Source: Octopus vulgaris (Eukaryota). From it: 64,000 bases of DNA. The stretch is from positions 107,694,001-107,758,000 of the forward strand of contig OX597819.1 in NCBI GenBank assembly GCA_951406725.2, written 5' to 3'. The notes below the pieces were generated by a model. The model was not told where the DNA came from, did no database searches, and saw only the letters and a list, made by a program, of their open reading frames with translations. The translations under genes were made by a program, and so were the position numbers. Of this stretch, positions 25,919 to 39,600 are shown in pieces. Within the stretch, counting starts at the first letter, position 1. Each line of letters starts with the position of its first letter.

Positions 25919-26252
25919 GAGATCCCCTTCGGTCATGAATGACCATGGGATTGCACCTAGAAAGTTACCCTCCGAGGCACAAGTCAGGGCAAGATTGTTT
26001 GTGGGAGGCTAGCAGTCGCTCATGCATACCAGCCTCTCCTCTCCACACCACTGATGTCATCCAAGGGAATGGCAAAGGCCGATACAACTTGACACCAGTG
26101 ATGTTGCAACTCATTTTTACAGCTGAGTTAACTGGAGCAACGTGAAATAAAGTATCTTGCTCAATAACACAACACACAGCCCGGTCCGAGAATCGAACTC
26201 ACAACCTCACGATCGTAAGCTCTACGCTCTAACCACAGAGCCATGCGCCTTC
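25919..26252 (-). mobile_element. SINE family C, near full length
   Basis: GGCGCATGGCTCTGTGGTTAGAGCG...GAGTTCGATTCTC (A and B boxes), CORE-like TTGAGCAAGATACTTTATTTCAC. Confidence 0.8.
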
Positions 26253-26254
26253 AT

Positions 26255-26312
<58 letters not shown>

Positions 26313-26319
<7 letters not shown>

Positions 26320-27212
26320 TGTATCTGGTTCACTCAACATGTATTACAGGCGCTACTAATAGCTTCACGTACGTGACATGTACGTTCACCAGGCGCTGAT
26401 TATTCTATGAAACCAATAAGTTTAGACAGAGGACCGGGCGAGGGGCGATGCTAAAGCAAATCATGGAAGATTCCACTACAGGTGAGCTACGAAATTGAAC
26501 CGATGCAGAGCGTTCAGATGAATCAAAAATAAATATAAAAAATAAGATAAAATGATGAGGAAATAAATTATAAAAATTATACAAATTAAATTAAATTATA
26601 AACGTGTCGATATATTAAAAATGAAAATATATATAGATCTACAGATAATTCAAAGGTTATACAAATATATTCAAGTATATAAGCTATATACAATACAGAA
26701 ATTATACAAGTATAAAAAATATAAATAAATATACACCAATTGAATAATATTCTATGTAATTGATGTATATTTATTTGTATTTTATCTACTTGTATAATTT
26801 ATTTATTTGTATATATTTGTATAACCTTTAGATTATCTGTAGATCTATATATATTTTCATTTTTTATATATTGACACGTTTATAATTTAATTTAATTTAA
26901 TTTGTATAATTCTTATAATTTATAACTTCGTCACTTTATTTAATTTTTTATGTTTATTTTCAATTCAGCTGAACGCTCTGCATCGATTCAATTTGGTAGT
27001 GTAATCTTCCATTAAATATGAGTTGCTTTAGCATCGCCTCTCACCCAGTCCACTATTTAAAATTCTTAGCTTCATAGAATAATCAGCACCTTGTCATGTA
27101 TGTGAAACTATTAGTAGCGCCTGTAATACATGTGTAGTGAACCACATGCATTAATATTGGACACTCATTAGATGGAGGACTCTTCTTGTTCACCTTTTTA
27201 CGCATATCAATT

Positions 27213-27218
<6 letters not shown>
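26313..27218. mobile_element. ~840-bp imperfect palindrome of a pLTR-like sequence with decayed hammerheads
   Basis: Arms ~26313-26740 and ~26760-27157 are reverse complements; right arm extends about 60 nt further. Confidence 0.8.
26350..26396 (-). ncRNA. Degenerate type I hammerhead
   Basis: GCGC-CUGGUGA-ACGUAC(loop)GUACGU-GAAG-CUAUUAG-UA-GCGC; the other arm keeps GAAA but has lost the 5' core. Confidence 0.6.
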
Positions 27219-27255
<37 letters not shown>

Positions 27256-27278
27256 GTGTGTGTGTGTGTGTGTGTTTA

Positions 27279-28437
27279 CTAGGTCATCCCATAAATAATG
27301 CGGTTTTTTCAGTTGCATGAACTAAAAGTCGGAAGGACATCAACTGTAAAAAGAGGTAGTCATTTTACATTGTACTTATTCTTAGTGCAAGTTCTGAAGA
27401 GTGCAGTCCGATTTTAACAATTTTTTTTCAAAGCTATAATGGAAGTGACAAAAGAACGTATTCGGAATATTTTGCTTTAAGAGTCCAATAAAGGCAACAC
27501 CACAACGGAAAGTGTGAGGAATGTTAATGCTGTATATGGGAATCGGACAATAAGCGTAAACCAGAGTCAACGGTGTTTCCGAAATTTCTGAGCCGGAAAC
27601 TACATCCTAGAAGACGAGCTTCGTTCCAGAAGATCTGTAAAGCTCGACGAGGACGTCCTGCAAATCTCTGGGGAACAAAATCCCATCGTAATTGTTGAGG
27701 AACTAGCAGAGAAGCTTGGATTTGGTCATTCAACCATTCATCGACACCTGCGTGCATTGGAAAAGTCACCAAATTGGGTCAGATTGGGTCACAAATTTTC
27801 CGAGTCTAATCGCGCGCAGAGAGTAAACGTGTGCTCTTCTTTGTTGTCCAGTCTCACGAATGAACCTTTGTTGGACTGAATAGTGACTGGTGACGAGAAA
27901 TGGGTTCTCTATAAAAATATCAAGCGCTAAAAACAGTGGGTAAGGAAGGGAGAAACACCGGTACCCAGGCTTCACCCAAGTAAGATGTTGTTTTCTGTTT
28001 GGTGGGATATGAAAGGTTTAGTCCACTTTGAACTTTTAAGCCCAAGCCAAACAATAACAAAGGAGATCTACTGCTAGCAGCTTGAGCGGCTCAAGTCAGC
28101 GCTAGAAGGAAAAATACCACTTTTGGTTTCATGACGAACAGTGTTCTTCGATCAGCATAATGCCCGACCACATACAGCGAGGACAACACTCTAAAGGCTG
28201 GAGCAATTTGAGTGGGAAACGATGCCCACCTACCATATTCGCCAGACATTGCCCCATCAGATTATCAGTTATTCTGCAGTCTTCAAAATTATTTGGCCGG
28301 AAAAATATGAATTATGCAAACGAGCTCAGAACAGTACAAGTGAATTTTGGAAGAGGAGGCCTTGCAAGTCTACCAGATAGATATTTTGAAAAATAAAATA
28401 TGTATTAAAAAACTGCATTATTTATGAGATGAGCCAA
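27279..28437 (+). mobile_element. mariner transposon with both TIRs, transposase pseudogene
   Basis: TIRs CTAGGTCATCCCATAAATAATGCGGTTTTT / AAAAACTGCATTATTTATGAGATGAGCCAA, TA flanks; MEVTKERIR from 27439, TGDEKWVLY, HNARPH, PYSPDIAPSDY; several stops. Confidence 0.92.
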
Positions 28438-28449
28438 TACATACACACA

Positions 28450-28496
<47 letters not shown>

Positions 28497-28497
28497 C

Positions 28498-28538
<41 letters not shown>

Positions 28539-29144
28539 ACACACACATACATACAAACATACACACATACATACAGACATATATATATATATTTATTTAC
28601 TTTTATGTATAATTTTACCCTCACGGGCTATCCTTTACTGGAAAGCAATACTCTAGTATTGCATTACTATTTTCATTGAAACTTCTTCACTGTTCTCGTT
28701 CTGTCAACGTTTTGGCGTTCAGTCGAGTGTATTGGTATGGATGTGGCAACATTTGAAATATTGTCGAGGTATATGTGGCTGATGAAGATAAATCAAATAT
28801 ATGTGGGCAGACATATTTTAAAGAATCTGAAACCGGTACCACATTATCCCTTTCTAGGTATTTCATTTTTCAGATGTTCTCCCTAGAGGTAAAACAATTT
28901 TTTTCATGTTTGTTGCACACACGCACTTTTACTAGTACATACGCAGTGAAGCTATACATTAGCGTCGTATTTATTACGTTCGCTATTTTCCAGTAAATTA
29001 TTTACTTTTATATATATATATATATATATATATGGTGCTCGTGCATGTGCTTCTTGCATTTATTTACTTTTATATATAATATTATATATATATCCGTGCC
29101 ATTTGATTTACTTTATATATATAATATATATATATATATATCTT

Positions 29145-29177
<33 letters not shown>

Positions 29178-29395
29178 CACGCACAACTGTAGCTTCTACT
29201 GATGCAAAAAAAACTGACTGGCGAATCCCTAATGTTGCAGATAGGTGGCGGCGTAAATGAAAATTATTTATTTGCGACGGAATATATATTAGTTGAAAAT
29301 GGGTTTTCCGTATCTTACTTTATGTGAATAAATTTTACAAAGCCATAAAACTACAATGTTCGGCTTGAGGAGACATCACGTATAGAGGTTGTGTA

Positions 29396-29459
<64 letters not shown>

Positions 29460-29539
29460 CATCGCTTAAAACAGAAGCCATGAAAGGTGCCGTGCATCGG
29501 CAAAAGTTGTTTATCTTGGTTAAGTTTAAAACGATTCTA

Positions 29540-29598
29540 TTTCGCAGACCGTTAGGAGAGCCGTTTCCGGTGGCTTGGAACCAATTTCTTCTACGAAA
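29540..29598 (-). ncRNA. Possible decayed hammerhead
   Basis: UUUCGUA-(no CU)GAAGA...GAAACGG...CGGUC-UGCGAAA; 7-bp stem I but incomplete core. Confidence 0.35.
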
Positions 29599-31787
29599 AA
29601 CTGGAAAACTTTTTCTTTGTCCAAGACTGGACAGAATATGGTGAAGGATTCGTTTCTTCAATCTTGGAAAGAGAAGGATAGGAGAATAAAACAGAAATTA
29701 GGAAAGAGTATCATTAATAGTGAAAAAGGAATAGAATGTCGGGGAAGATTATTGATCACGGTATGGCTGGGAGAGATTGGGAGAGGGGTTCTCAGTAAAT
29801 AACTTTTCGACAACAATATACGTAATCATTCACCTTTTGATATAAGCATACATAAAAATAGTTGAAATTAGCCGGATATTCTTATATACAAGCACACACA
29901 CACACGCACATGCATACACACACACACATATATGTTTGTATGTTTGTATGTATATGTACGTATGTGTGTATGTATGTATCCATGCACAAAATAATTCATA
30001 AGTATAGATTATATGTATGTCTGTGTATATACACACATTAGTATATATGTGTGTGTGTGTGTGTGTGTGTACGTATGTATGTATATGTATATACATATAT
30101 ATATATACTTACATAAGTATAGATTATATATATGTCTGTGTATATACACACATTAGTATATATATATGTGTGTGTGTGTGTATGTATGTATGTATATGTA
30201 TATACATATATACTTACATAAGTATATATGCATGTGTTTATATAATATATATTTGTATACACATATATGCCGTTGTTATTGTTGTTTAGGGGATGATAGT
30301 GTAGGTTTCTGAATACGCGCGTGCTCATGTATGTGCATGTACGGGCTGGTGGTTTAATTTCAATCATTCCCGTATTTATGCGAACACGTTTGTCTGTATG
30401 TCTATATCCATATAGGAACGTGTAAATTGTTATTGACTTAAGTTGTTTACGAACCCACTGACCTCTAACGGAGTTTCCCACCTACACCTATCATAAAACG
30501 ATCAATAATTCCCCTTCTCCCTCCTCATTCTTATTATAATTCTAAACCTTCAACTTTCTCCTTTTCCCATTACTTCTCTCCACCACTTCCGCAGAAACTA
30601 GTTCTAATGCTTCACTATTTGCACACTTCCATGAACTAAAGACGTAAAAACAACTTTAAATTTTCTGTATGTTTTTTCATCTCTTTCTCCGTAAAAAGTC
30701 TCCGCCCGAAAGATCAGAAAGCTTTTCTCTTAAAGGCATACAAACTTTAGAAAACAAACTTTATATGTTACTTTTAGAAACTTTTTTTGTGGAGACTCAT
30801 CTCGCAGTTAGTTACTTCGGATTCTATAATATTTTCCATGTAGGTTCTTGATAAATTTCTTCCAAATAGTAATGTTTATATCCAACTTAACATGGATGTC
30901 TTGCTGGAACACCGAATTAGCCTTGTAAGATATTTTCATATATACGCTTGATACATAAAATGCACACGCACATGGATCGCAGCAGACGAGAGTCGTCCGT
31001 CATGGGCACCGGAACTTCAATATTATGTGATTTCGTTCTATTGGAAATCATCAGTTCGAAGCTCAGTGCGAGGCGTCACTGCATGCCAATCAAACTTCGT
31101 TGCTAATATATATAAAATATAAGCATCTTTTCAGATACTGATGTCGCAAATAACTAGCAGGCCTTTTAAAAATTCATTATTACTGACAGAAGTAGTATTA
31201 ATATCAAAACATAATCTTTATATCCAACTTAACATGAATGTGTTAATGTGTTGTTGGAGCACGGAATAATACTCTCAAATTTGTTTCGAAAACTGTATTT
31301 TTTATATAGTTTTGTTCGCTGATGACGAAAATCGCAGTTTTTTTTTAAAAATTAAAAATATTTTTTTTTTACAATCATTTAAAGTTATATAATTTTAGCT
31401 TAACAAACCCTGTGTTGCCGCGCATACCGGAAGTTTCTGTTCTTATGGAAACAGCACAACTACACCATAACGTCTAAAACAAACAAAAAGGATGACACAT
31501 TGTGTCACAACACCGTTTATTTCTGCACTTGAGGCAGACCAAAGTAGTTTCTACTTGTTGAATTATCAATAACATTTAAATTAAAGTCAATCTGCACGGA
31601 TGTAATCTTTTATCGAAATCACGACTCATTTAGTGCTTATTGAGCCTACAGATCGATATTATAAGTATTTGCTCTTTCCTTATGGTAATGTGTATGTATG
31701 TGTAAGTGTGTCTGTCTGTCTGTCTGTGTCTGTATGTGTGTGCGTGCACGTGGTGTGTGTATTGTCTTTTATATGTGTATATAACTG

Positions 31788-32070
31788 AAGGCGCGTGGCT
31801 TAGTGGTTACAGTGTAAAGTTGTAAATTCGGCTCCCGGCGGCACGTTGTGTCTCTTGGGCAAGGCACTCTATTTCGTGTTGCTCCTCTCCGTTCAGCTGA
31901 CAATAATTAGTAGTACCTGTACTTCAAATGGCCAACCTTTTCACTTGGGATCTACGTTAAGAGTATGCATATCTGTGGAGTGCTCAGCCACTTTCACGTT
32001 AATTTCACTTATAGGCTGCTCCGTTGATCGGATCTACTGGAACCCTCGTCGTCGTAGCCGACAGAGTGCT
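31788..32070 (+). mobile_element. SINE family C-related copy
   Basis: GAAGGCGCGTGGCTTAGTGGTTA head; CTTGGGCAAGGCACTCTATTTC. Confidence 0.7.
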
Positions 32071-32306
32071 GCTTTTTTATATATGTATTGTGTACATATT
32101 TATAAGCTTGTACGTTTCTGTTGATGGCTAGCTGAGTGTTTAGATTGATAGATTAATGATAAGTTGTTTGGAGATGTGAAATAAAATAAGGAGGCGTGCG
32201 AATGAATGCGTTTGTTTATGCATATACTTATTTGTGTTTGTATAAATATATGTAGATAGACTTATGCGAGAGTGCGTATATGTGTGTCTGTGTGAGTGTG
32301 TGTTTA

Positions 32307-32344
<38 letters not shown>

Positions 32345-32994
32345 CACGCGTTTTATATTGCTTATACCCGCCCTCGATATTTTAGGATTTTCATATTATT
32401 TTGTTGAATCAGCCATAGATTCATATGGTGAATACTATATACTGACAGTCGGGATTTAGCCAAACTATACAGCGATGGAGTAGTCACCTCTAATGAGCTT
32501 TAAGTTTAAGCGAAACTAGACTAGTATAGTGATCTTGCTCGCTGTGGGGTGGTTATCTCCCCTGTCAGTGTATGGAACTGTGCTTCCTTGCGGCTCTAAG
32601 AGATTTTTAACTCTTATTTTTAACAATATATGTATACACATGTCCTAATTTGATTTACGCGTTCTCTTCCACAACTTTATTTAGACTTAGCAGCCCTTCC
32701 TGTTTGTTTTCACTGTCCTGTTTGCACTACCTATTTTGACCCTTCGCAAAATCCCAAATTTTATTTAATTTGCTTTGAGGGAGCAACTGTTTTATCGAAA
32801 GCGTATATTGTTGTTAAATGCTCGAAATACGAGACTAGAAAGACAGCCAACAACTGATGAAGGGTCGTTCTTTATGTTGCTTGTTTTGTTTTCCATTTGT
32901 GTCTTTCGTTGTTCGAAAGAATAGTTCATGTTCCATGTACTCGTGCTTCGTACTTTTTTGTTGTACACGTTTCATGACGTCCTGTGCCCACATA

Positions 32995-33029
<35 letters not shown>

Positions 33030-34293
33030 GTATAGATGTAAGTACATATACGTATCTATATATGCATATATATATATATATTATTTATATGATTATACAT
33101 ATGTGTATATGTATTTGTGGGCGTGTGTGCGTGTTCGTGCGTGTATGTGTGTGTGCGTGTGTGTTTATATAGTAGCGAGTTTTAATTGGCATGGGGTGAC
33201 CGGACTCCTACTGATGACAGTAGAATGAAATCACGTGATATAACAGTTCTGGCGCCTATGACGGACGATTCTTTATGTTACAATTTATTCGCATGCTTTT
33301 TATGCACCAAGCGCCTTTGTGAGAGGATCTATCAAAGTGATAACGCAGTATTCAATTTTCTAACAAAACATTCATATTAATTTGTATATGATTATTACTT
33401 TTTGGTATTAGTACTGTTTCCATATATAAATGATTTGTGTGTATGTGTGTGTATGGATACACACAAAACTGCTTCGTAACCTAAAGCGTCCCTACTTTTT
33501 ATTTTCCAATTTATGCCGTCTGTTTGAGATAATTTGCCTATGTTTACTAGTGTCTAAGTAACAATCTCGAAAACCTAGACTTAAACTAACACGCGCTTTT
33601 GTAATATAATCTCTATGCAGAGCAAAAACGATCATCTGAATATATTTTGCTTCGTACAGCTATAAAGTGTCAGAGTGTGTACGTAACACAAGCTGTGAAG
33701 TTCAGCATGTAGTATATACCACTTTTATTATGCAGTTCCAGCGATGAAGTTTTGTTTATTTGTTAGAAACCAGTGTTTTTCTTAAAGAACAATTCACATA
33801 ATTCAAGAAGGATAACACACATTTATAATTTCACTGAACACTTATATAACTGTTTCTTATAGCATTTGTGTTTCCGTTAAAGGTGTGCATGTAACAGTAT
33901 AAGCCAAAACTAAACGATTGTTTGCTATATCAGCGGACAAAGAAATAGAGTTATCAAAATGCATTTATTTTCAACTAGCATTAAAGACCCGTCGTTGCCG
34001 GGTCATGGTGCTAGTGCATGTATATATGTGTATATATATGTGTACATATAACATGTACATCTATATATATACATCTACACGTAAAATGCAAAATACAAAG
34101 TTATATCTTGATATCGCTAGTGATAACAATACTCAAAATATATAACAGACTGGAATTGTTAGCTCTTCTTTTTTCTCTACATTAAACTTAGATAAACTTA
34201 GATATGTTTCGACCAAAGATTGGTCCAGGCCATGTCTAACTTAATAGCACCACCTGATAGGATTATTCGAATCCTGTTTAAGTCAAGTTTTGT

Positions 34294-36198
34294 TTAAGTC
34301 AAGTTTTGTTCAAGTAGTGAGTTCTTGTTGGGTGAGTTGTATCCAATTATGGGTGGCTTATCTGGTATTCTTTGAAGGAATCTATCCAGACTCTGTTTAA
34401 AGTTGATGGGATCCTTTTCCTCTTTGATCTCCCTCGGGACAATGTTAAATAGAGCAGGGCCTGTTGAGGAAAAGAAATTATGTTGCAGTGTACATGTATA
34501 TTGTGATCTTGAATTGGGCAGGGGACGTATAGCCCGTGGTCCAAGTCTTGGATGAACCTTGAAGCTAATGTTTAGGTCGTTTGGGCAAAGTTGGCGGTAT
34601 ATTTTCCACATCGTACAAATGATGTACCGCTCACGGCGACGCTGGAGGGAGTAAAGTTTCAAGGCTTTAAGGCGATCCCAATAATCGAGAGCAGCCATGC
34701 CTTCAATTTGTTTAGTGAGTGCCCTCTGGGGTGACTCAATTCTGGAGATGTTTTGTCTTGTGTGAGGAGACCACAGTGGGCAGCAGTATTCAAGGTGTGG
34801 CCGTACAAAGGAGGAAAAAAGTGGTATGATGACACCTTGTTCTCTGGACCGGAAAGTTCTTAAGATCCAGGAACTCATCCTACGAGCTATATCGACCTTC
34901 TTGTTGATGTGTGCACTCCAACTGAGATCGTCATCAACAATTACACCCACGTCTCTGATATTGTTAGAGGCTGTGAGCGGTTCCCCTGAAGGAAGAGAGT
35001 ATGGTTGTTTTAGTGAGGAATTTCTTCCAAAATGCATCAGCTCAAATTTTCCCTCATTCAGTTGCATTTTGTTTCTGTCTGCCCATTGACTCACAGCATA
35101 TAGATCAGACTGGAGTTGAGTTCGGTCTGCTTCTTCATTGACGATTTGCTGGAGCTTAGTGTCATCAGCAAATATTTTCACTTTGCAGTAATGTACGACA
35201 CTGGAAAGGTCGTTTACGTAAATTATAAAGAGTAGCGGACCCAAAACAGTTCCCTGGGGAACACCGCTGGTGACTTTTGCTGGGTTTGAGTGGACTCCAT
35301 CAACTACAACATATTGTGTTCTATTCGCCAGGAAATACTTAATCCAGTGTAGAACTTTTCCACGGATTCCAACATTTGCCAATTTTGAGAGTAGGATGTT
35401 ATGGTCTACCCTGTCGAACGCTTTACTGAAGTCAAGATATATGACCTCAGAGTTCGAACCTGTTCCCAAGGCTTTGAGTACATCTTCAATGTGGTGTAAG
35501 AGCTGTGTTAGACAGTCCCTGCCACAGCGAAAGCCATGCTGATTTGCATTTAGGAGTTTGTGGGTCTCCAGGAAGTCAGCTATCCTTGATCTTAACACTC
35601 TTTCAAACACTTTAATGATGTGGGAGGTGAGTGAGATTGGGCGATAGTTGACTGCGAGGGATCTGTTTCCCTGTTTGAAAACCGGAATGACCGACTGGGA
35701 TAGAAACTGTTTCGGTATATAACCTGCGTCTAACGAATTTCTCCAGAGGTTGGTCAGAGGGACTGCAAGTCGGTATCTACATTCCTTCAGGAGACTAGCG
35801 GGAAATCTATCAGGGCCTACAGCAGAGTAATGTTTGACCTTATTTATTGCTGCTACGATGTCGGTGGCAGTGAAGGTTATGTCTGCGATTTTGTGTTGGG
35901 AGTCAACTTCGTTCGTTTCCCTTACGTCAATATCAGTGGGAACACTAAAGACAGAGCAGTATTGTTTCTGCAGTATTTCTGCCATTTCTTTAGCATCGTG
36001 TTGGGGAATGCCGTTATCATCAATCAATGGCCCAATGGGTGAGACAGTGGTTCTATGCTTATTTGCATAAGAATAGAACACCTTTGGGTTCTGTTTGATG
36101 TTTTTGATTACCCATTGTTCCTCCACAGCTCTTTGATTTTCAATGGAGGTTTTCATGTTGGTCTGCAGATGAAGTTTGTCCAGCTCTAGTCTTTTCAT
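34294..36198 (-). CDS. LINE ORF2 reverse transcriptase region (634 aa open)
   Basis: NYRPISLTS, QHGFR, YLDFSKAFDRV, GVPQGTVLGPLLF, FADD, RPHLEYCCPLWSP, LYSLQRRRER. Confidence 0.92.
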   Translation of the reverse strand: MKRLELDKLHLQTNMKTSIENQRAVEEQWVIKNIKQNPKVFYSYANKHRTTVSPIGPLIDDNGIPQHDAKEMAEILQKQYCSVFSVPTDIDVRETNEVDSQHKIADITFTATDIVAAINKVKHYSAVGPDRFPASLLKECRYRLAVPLTNLWRNSLDAGYIPKQFLSQSVIPVFKQGNRSLAVNYRPISLTSHIIKVFERVLRSRIADFLETHKLLNANQHGFRCGRDCLTQLLHHIEDVLKALGTGSNSEVIYLDFSKAFDRVDHNILLSKLANVGIRGKVLHWIKYFLANRTQYVVVDGVHSNPAKVTSGVPQGTVLGPLLFIIYVNDLSSVVHYCKVKIFADDTKLQQIVNEEADRTQLQSDLYAVSQWADRNKMQLNEGKFELMHFGRNSSLKQPYSLPSGEPLTASNNIRDVGVIVDDDLSWSAHINKKVDIARRMSSWILRTFRSREQGVIIPLFSSFVRPHLEYCCPLWSPHTRQNISRIESPQRALTKQIEGMAALDYWDRLKALKLYSLQRRRERYIICTMWKIYRQLCPNDLNISFKVHPRLGPRAIRPLPNSRSQYTCTLQHNFFSSTGPALFNIVPREIKEEKDPINFKQSLDRFLQRIPDKPPIIGYNSPNKNSLLEQNLT

Positions 36199-36239
36199 TG
36201 TTGTTGAATGTGGATGTTGTGCGTGGGAATATCTTAATT

Positions 36240-37215
36240 GGTTGATTTTTTTGTTGAGTCTTTTGATGCGCCTGATGAGTGTTTTTTTCTTTTTAGGGAG
36301 CCGGTTTCTGTTTGTGTTAGTAGATTTCTTGGGAGCGTGTTTAGAGCATGTATAGGTGACAATGTTTTCAAAGTGCTGCCACGCGGTCTCAATATGAGAG
36401 GAATTGAGAGTAAAAGACCAGTCGATGGAAGACAGATCCTTTCTGATTGTTCCCTAGTCCGCTTTGTGGAAGTTTATGTTGTCAAATGGGTGCCATGGAG
36501 TGGGATTGGTTGGTTTGGTTTTTATATGTCGGGAATTAAGATTGCAGAGTACCATGTCGTGGTTTGAGAGGAGAGTTTTTTCGTCTGAAATACTGTGAAC
36601 ATAGCTAGAGTGATTGGTCAATACCAGATCCAAGATCGTTTTATTCTGTCTCGTTGGTTCAAGCACTAGCTGAGTTAGGAAATACTCATCCATCAGATTA
36701 AAGAGCAGTTCTGCTGCTGCTCTATCTGATGTAGAGCACTTGCCTAACTTCAGAGTATTTGTGGGCCAGTTCACATGAGGGAGGTTAAAATCACCCATCA
36801 CTAGTATGTTTCCGGAGTGGTACTTCCGAAGGAAGGACTTGACTTTGCTAAGGCACTCTTCAAAGTACTTTAGAGGTGCCTGGGGAGGCCTGTAAAGACC
36901 AACAATGTTATGTCCTTGGCTTTGTTGTATAGTGATACCGATTCACAGTAGCCATTGGAAAATATGTCCTTGGCATCAAGTGAAAAGGAGTCATGGATAA
37001 AGATGGCTGTCCCTCCCTTATTTCGGTCTGTGCGATCCGCACGAACAATGGTGAAATATTTTATTTTCACCTCTGCGTCCATATGGGTGTTGTTCAGGTG
37101 AGTCTCGGTAAGGATAAAGAAAGGGAAGCAGTGTGCCATTTCGGCAAGCCAACTCTCTATATATGGGATCTTCCATTTTTGGGCAATAATTGATGGGTTG
37201 ATGCCACGTACATCT
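36240..37215 (-). pseudogene. LINE APE endonuclease domain, frameshifted
   Basis: LTETHL, RADR..KGG, GDFN, PTR..ILDLVLTN, SNHD, split across frames. Confidence 0.85.
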
Positions 37216-38144
37216 AACAGGAATGTCGAGGTAAGGGAAGTTGGTAATGGGTGAGTGGTCCTTGTGATTTGCATAGATGGTTGGTGATAGCTCGCTGGAT
37301 CTCCTGACTTAGGTCGGCCTTCATATTTTCTAGGTATGTCAGTAAAAAAGAGTTACTTGTTTGGTTTGCCACTTGGTCAGAGGATACATATTTCATGTTG
37401 GCGTTATTTGGTGTTTTTTCATGGTTCTGTCTACGTTGTTTGATTGTAGGAGGGGAAACATGGTTGTATTTTGTTCTTGTTGTCCTAGATTTCCTCTGTT
37501 CCTGTTTATATTTATTCTGTGATCGTTTTGTGCCCTTCAGATGGTGGTGGTTGCATTCTGGGTTCAGGCACATCCTTTGTGAGACAGAAGTTTGGCACAG
37601 TTTAGGATGGAATAAGGTGCATAGACAATAGTCTTTTCTTTAATTTAATTTTTTATTATCCATCTGGACTATTTCATTTCTGCACGCTAATTTTATTTTT
37701 AATTTATTCCCATTCATGTGAAACCACTTATTCAAGTTCAAATCATTGATGCAATTTTATACCAATTGCTATTTTTACTTATATTATACTTTAGTTTGAT
37801 TTTAATTATTACTTACTACATATAATTCAATTGTTATTATTATTTTTATTGTTAAAGTGAAAGCATCTGATATAAAATAGAGAAATATTTTTGTTTCACT
37901 TTTAACACGTAATACTGAAATAGTGGAGAAGATATGATATTGCTATGGGCTCGCTCTAGGCAAGAAGTTGAACCTTTTTTCCCATGAAACTACATGGACC
38001 CTAAGTAAGGCATGTGTAAAATTTGAATGAAATTGGTTGTGTAGTTCTCAAGTTTTAGGGAAACACACAGACAGACAGACAGACACACACACATTCTCAT
38101 TTTATATATATAAAGATATCTTACTGATATGTAAGTGAACAGCT

Positions 38145-38295
38145 AGATCAAAAGAAAAAGCCACAAATCAGTGATTTAGTTATTCACATGAATTTTAAGG
38201 GAAATTTTGAACTGTTATTGTGGCCAACCTAGGTGAATATTTCTTTCGAAATATGTGAGAAAGAGAATATCTATGGCGAACTTCTTCGAATTCCG
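38145..38295 (+). pseudogene. R4/Dong-like LINE restriction-like endonuclease fragment
   Basis: VNISFEICEKENIYGELLRI, similar to the fragment at 39360-39520. Confidence 0.5.
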
Positions 38296-38464
38296 GATTG
38301 TAATATATAATAGATAATAATCATACACGCTTTATAGCCAATGGTACGATTAGTTTTGTTAATAAATGTTCGTGTTATAGTATGGGAAGGCTGTGTTTTC
38401 AGAAAAAAACGAAAAGTGAATCTAACTCGTGTTCTACAGCTTCAGTCTACTCGTCTTTTCCACT

Positions 38465-38885
38465 CTGGGCAAAAGGCCCGAAATTTTGAAGGATGGGGGC
38501 CAGTCGATTAGATTGTCCCCAGTACGCAACTGGTACTTACTTTATCGACCCCGAAAGGACGAAAGGCAAGGTTGACCTCGGCAGAATTTGAACTCAGAAC
38601 GTAAGGACAGACGAAGTATTGCTAAGCATTTCGTCCGGCGTCCTAACGTTTCTTATTTCTTTACTGCCCACAAGGGGCAAAACACAGAGGGGACAAACAA
38701 GGACAGACAACTGGATTAAGTCGATTATATTGACCCCAGTGCATAACTGGTACTTATTTAATCGACCCTGAAAGGATGAAAGGCAAAGCCGACCTCGGCG
38801 GAATTTGAACTCAGAACGTAGCAGCAAACGAAATAAGCACAAACGAAATAAACCCGGCGTGCTAACGTTTCTGCCAGCTCGATAC
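38465..38885 (-). mobile_element. Two SINE family B copies
   Basis: ATCGACCCCGAAAGGACGAAAGGCAAGGTTGACCTCGGCAGAATTTGAACTCAG and a second copy. Confidence 0.85.
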
Positions 38886-39359
38886 CTTAACTTCAGTCTA
38901 CTAGTGGAACAGAGAAAATGTCGCATGCTTTTTTGAATTCAGTATGGATTTTATTAGTTCTTCTTGTGATCTAAATTCAACCGATGAAACTTTATTTCCT
39001 TGTTAGAAATAGTCCTTTTTTATTATAAGTAGAATTCAAAGAGGAAGGCATATGCATACGAGCATACATACATGTGCATACACCATGCTTACATACATAC
39101 ATACATACAAGCATGCATACATGCATGCACATATACATATATATATAGTCATACATATATGTATGGAGGTATCTGTACAACTATATATGCATGCATACAT
39201 ACATACATGCATACATACATACATACATACATACATACATACATACATACATACATACATACATACATACATACATACATACATACATACATGAGTACTT
39301 GGGTCTGTACATACATGCATACAAGCGAACTTTGGTATGAACATGCATATGTACACACT

Positions 39360-39600
39360 TATATCAGCTGCCCGGTGGATATTAATATAAAGCTAAAGTT
39401 TAGCGAAAATACAAATATATATGCTGAACTATTGAGAAATCTACAGTTACTTACCCAGATTACAAGTACCAATCTTTAGTAATTAGGCGTCTGATAACCA
39501 GAAAGGAAAAAGCTGATTGGAAGACTAGAGATCCAAGTCATCACCAGAACTGTAAAAATCTGTAATACTTTTTAGAAGTTTATCATTTAAGTATACATTT
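39360..39600 (+). pseudogene. R4/Dong-like LINE 3' fragment
   Basis: ISCPVDINIKLKFSENTNIYAELLRNLQLL then PDYK after a frameshift. Confidence 0.6.

Larger units (their letters stand above)
34180..37635 (-). mobile_element. CR1/L2-group LINE, 5'-truncated
   Basis: ORF1 tail with Cys/His finger (HPKLC...CLNPECNHHH), frameshifted APE endonuclease, open RT frame, short 3' tandem repeat (TCTAAGTTTA)2. Confidence 0.9.
33975..38116 (-). mobile_element. Non-autonomous Helitron split by a LINE insertion
   Basis: On the minus strand 5' TCTTTATATATATAAAA at 38116; 3' hairpin GACCCG/CGGGTC about 10 nt before CTAG at 33975. Confidence 0.7.

Noticed and set aside
31315-31335. CTGATGACGAAA
   Set aside because: No room for stem II; chance match
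32845-32935. CTGATGA...GAAAGAATAGTTC
   Set aside because: No clear stem II or NUH triplet; possibly a decayed pLTR
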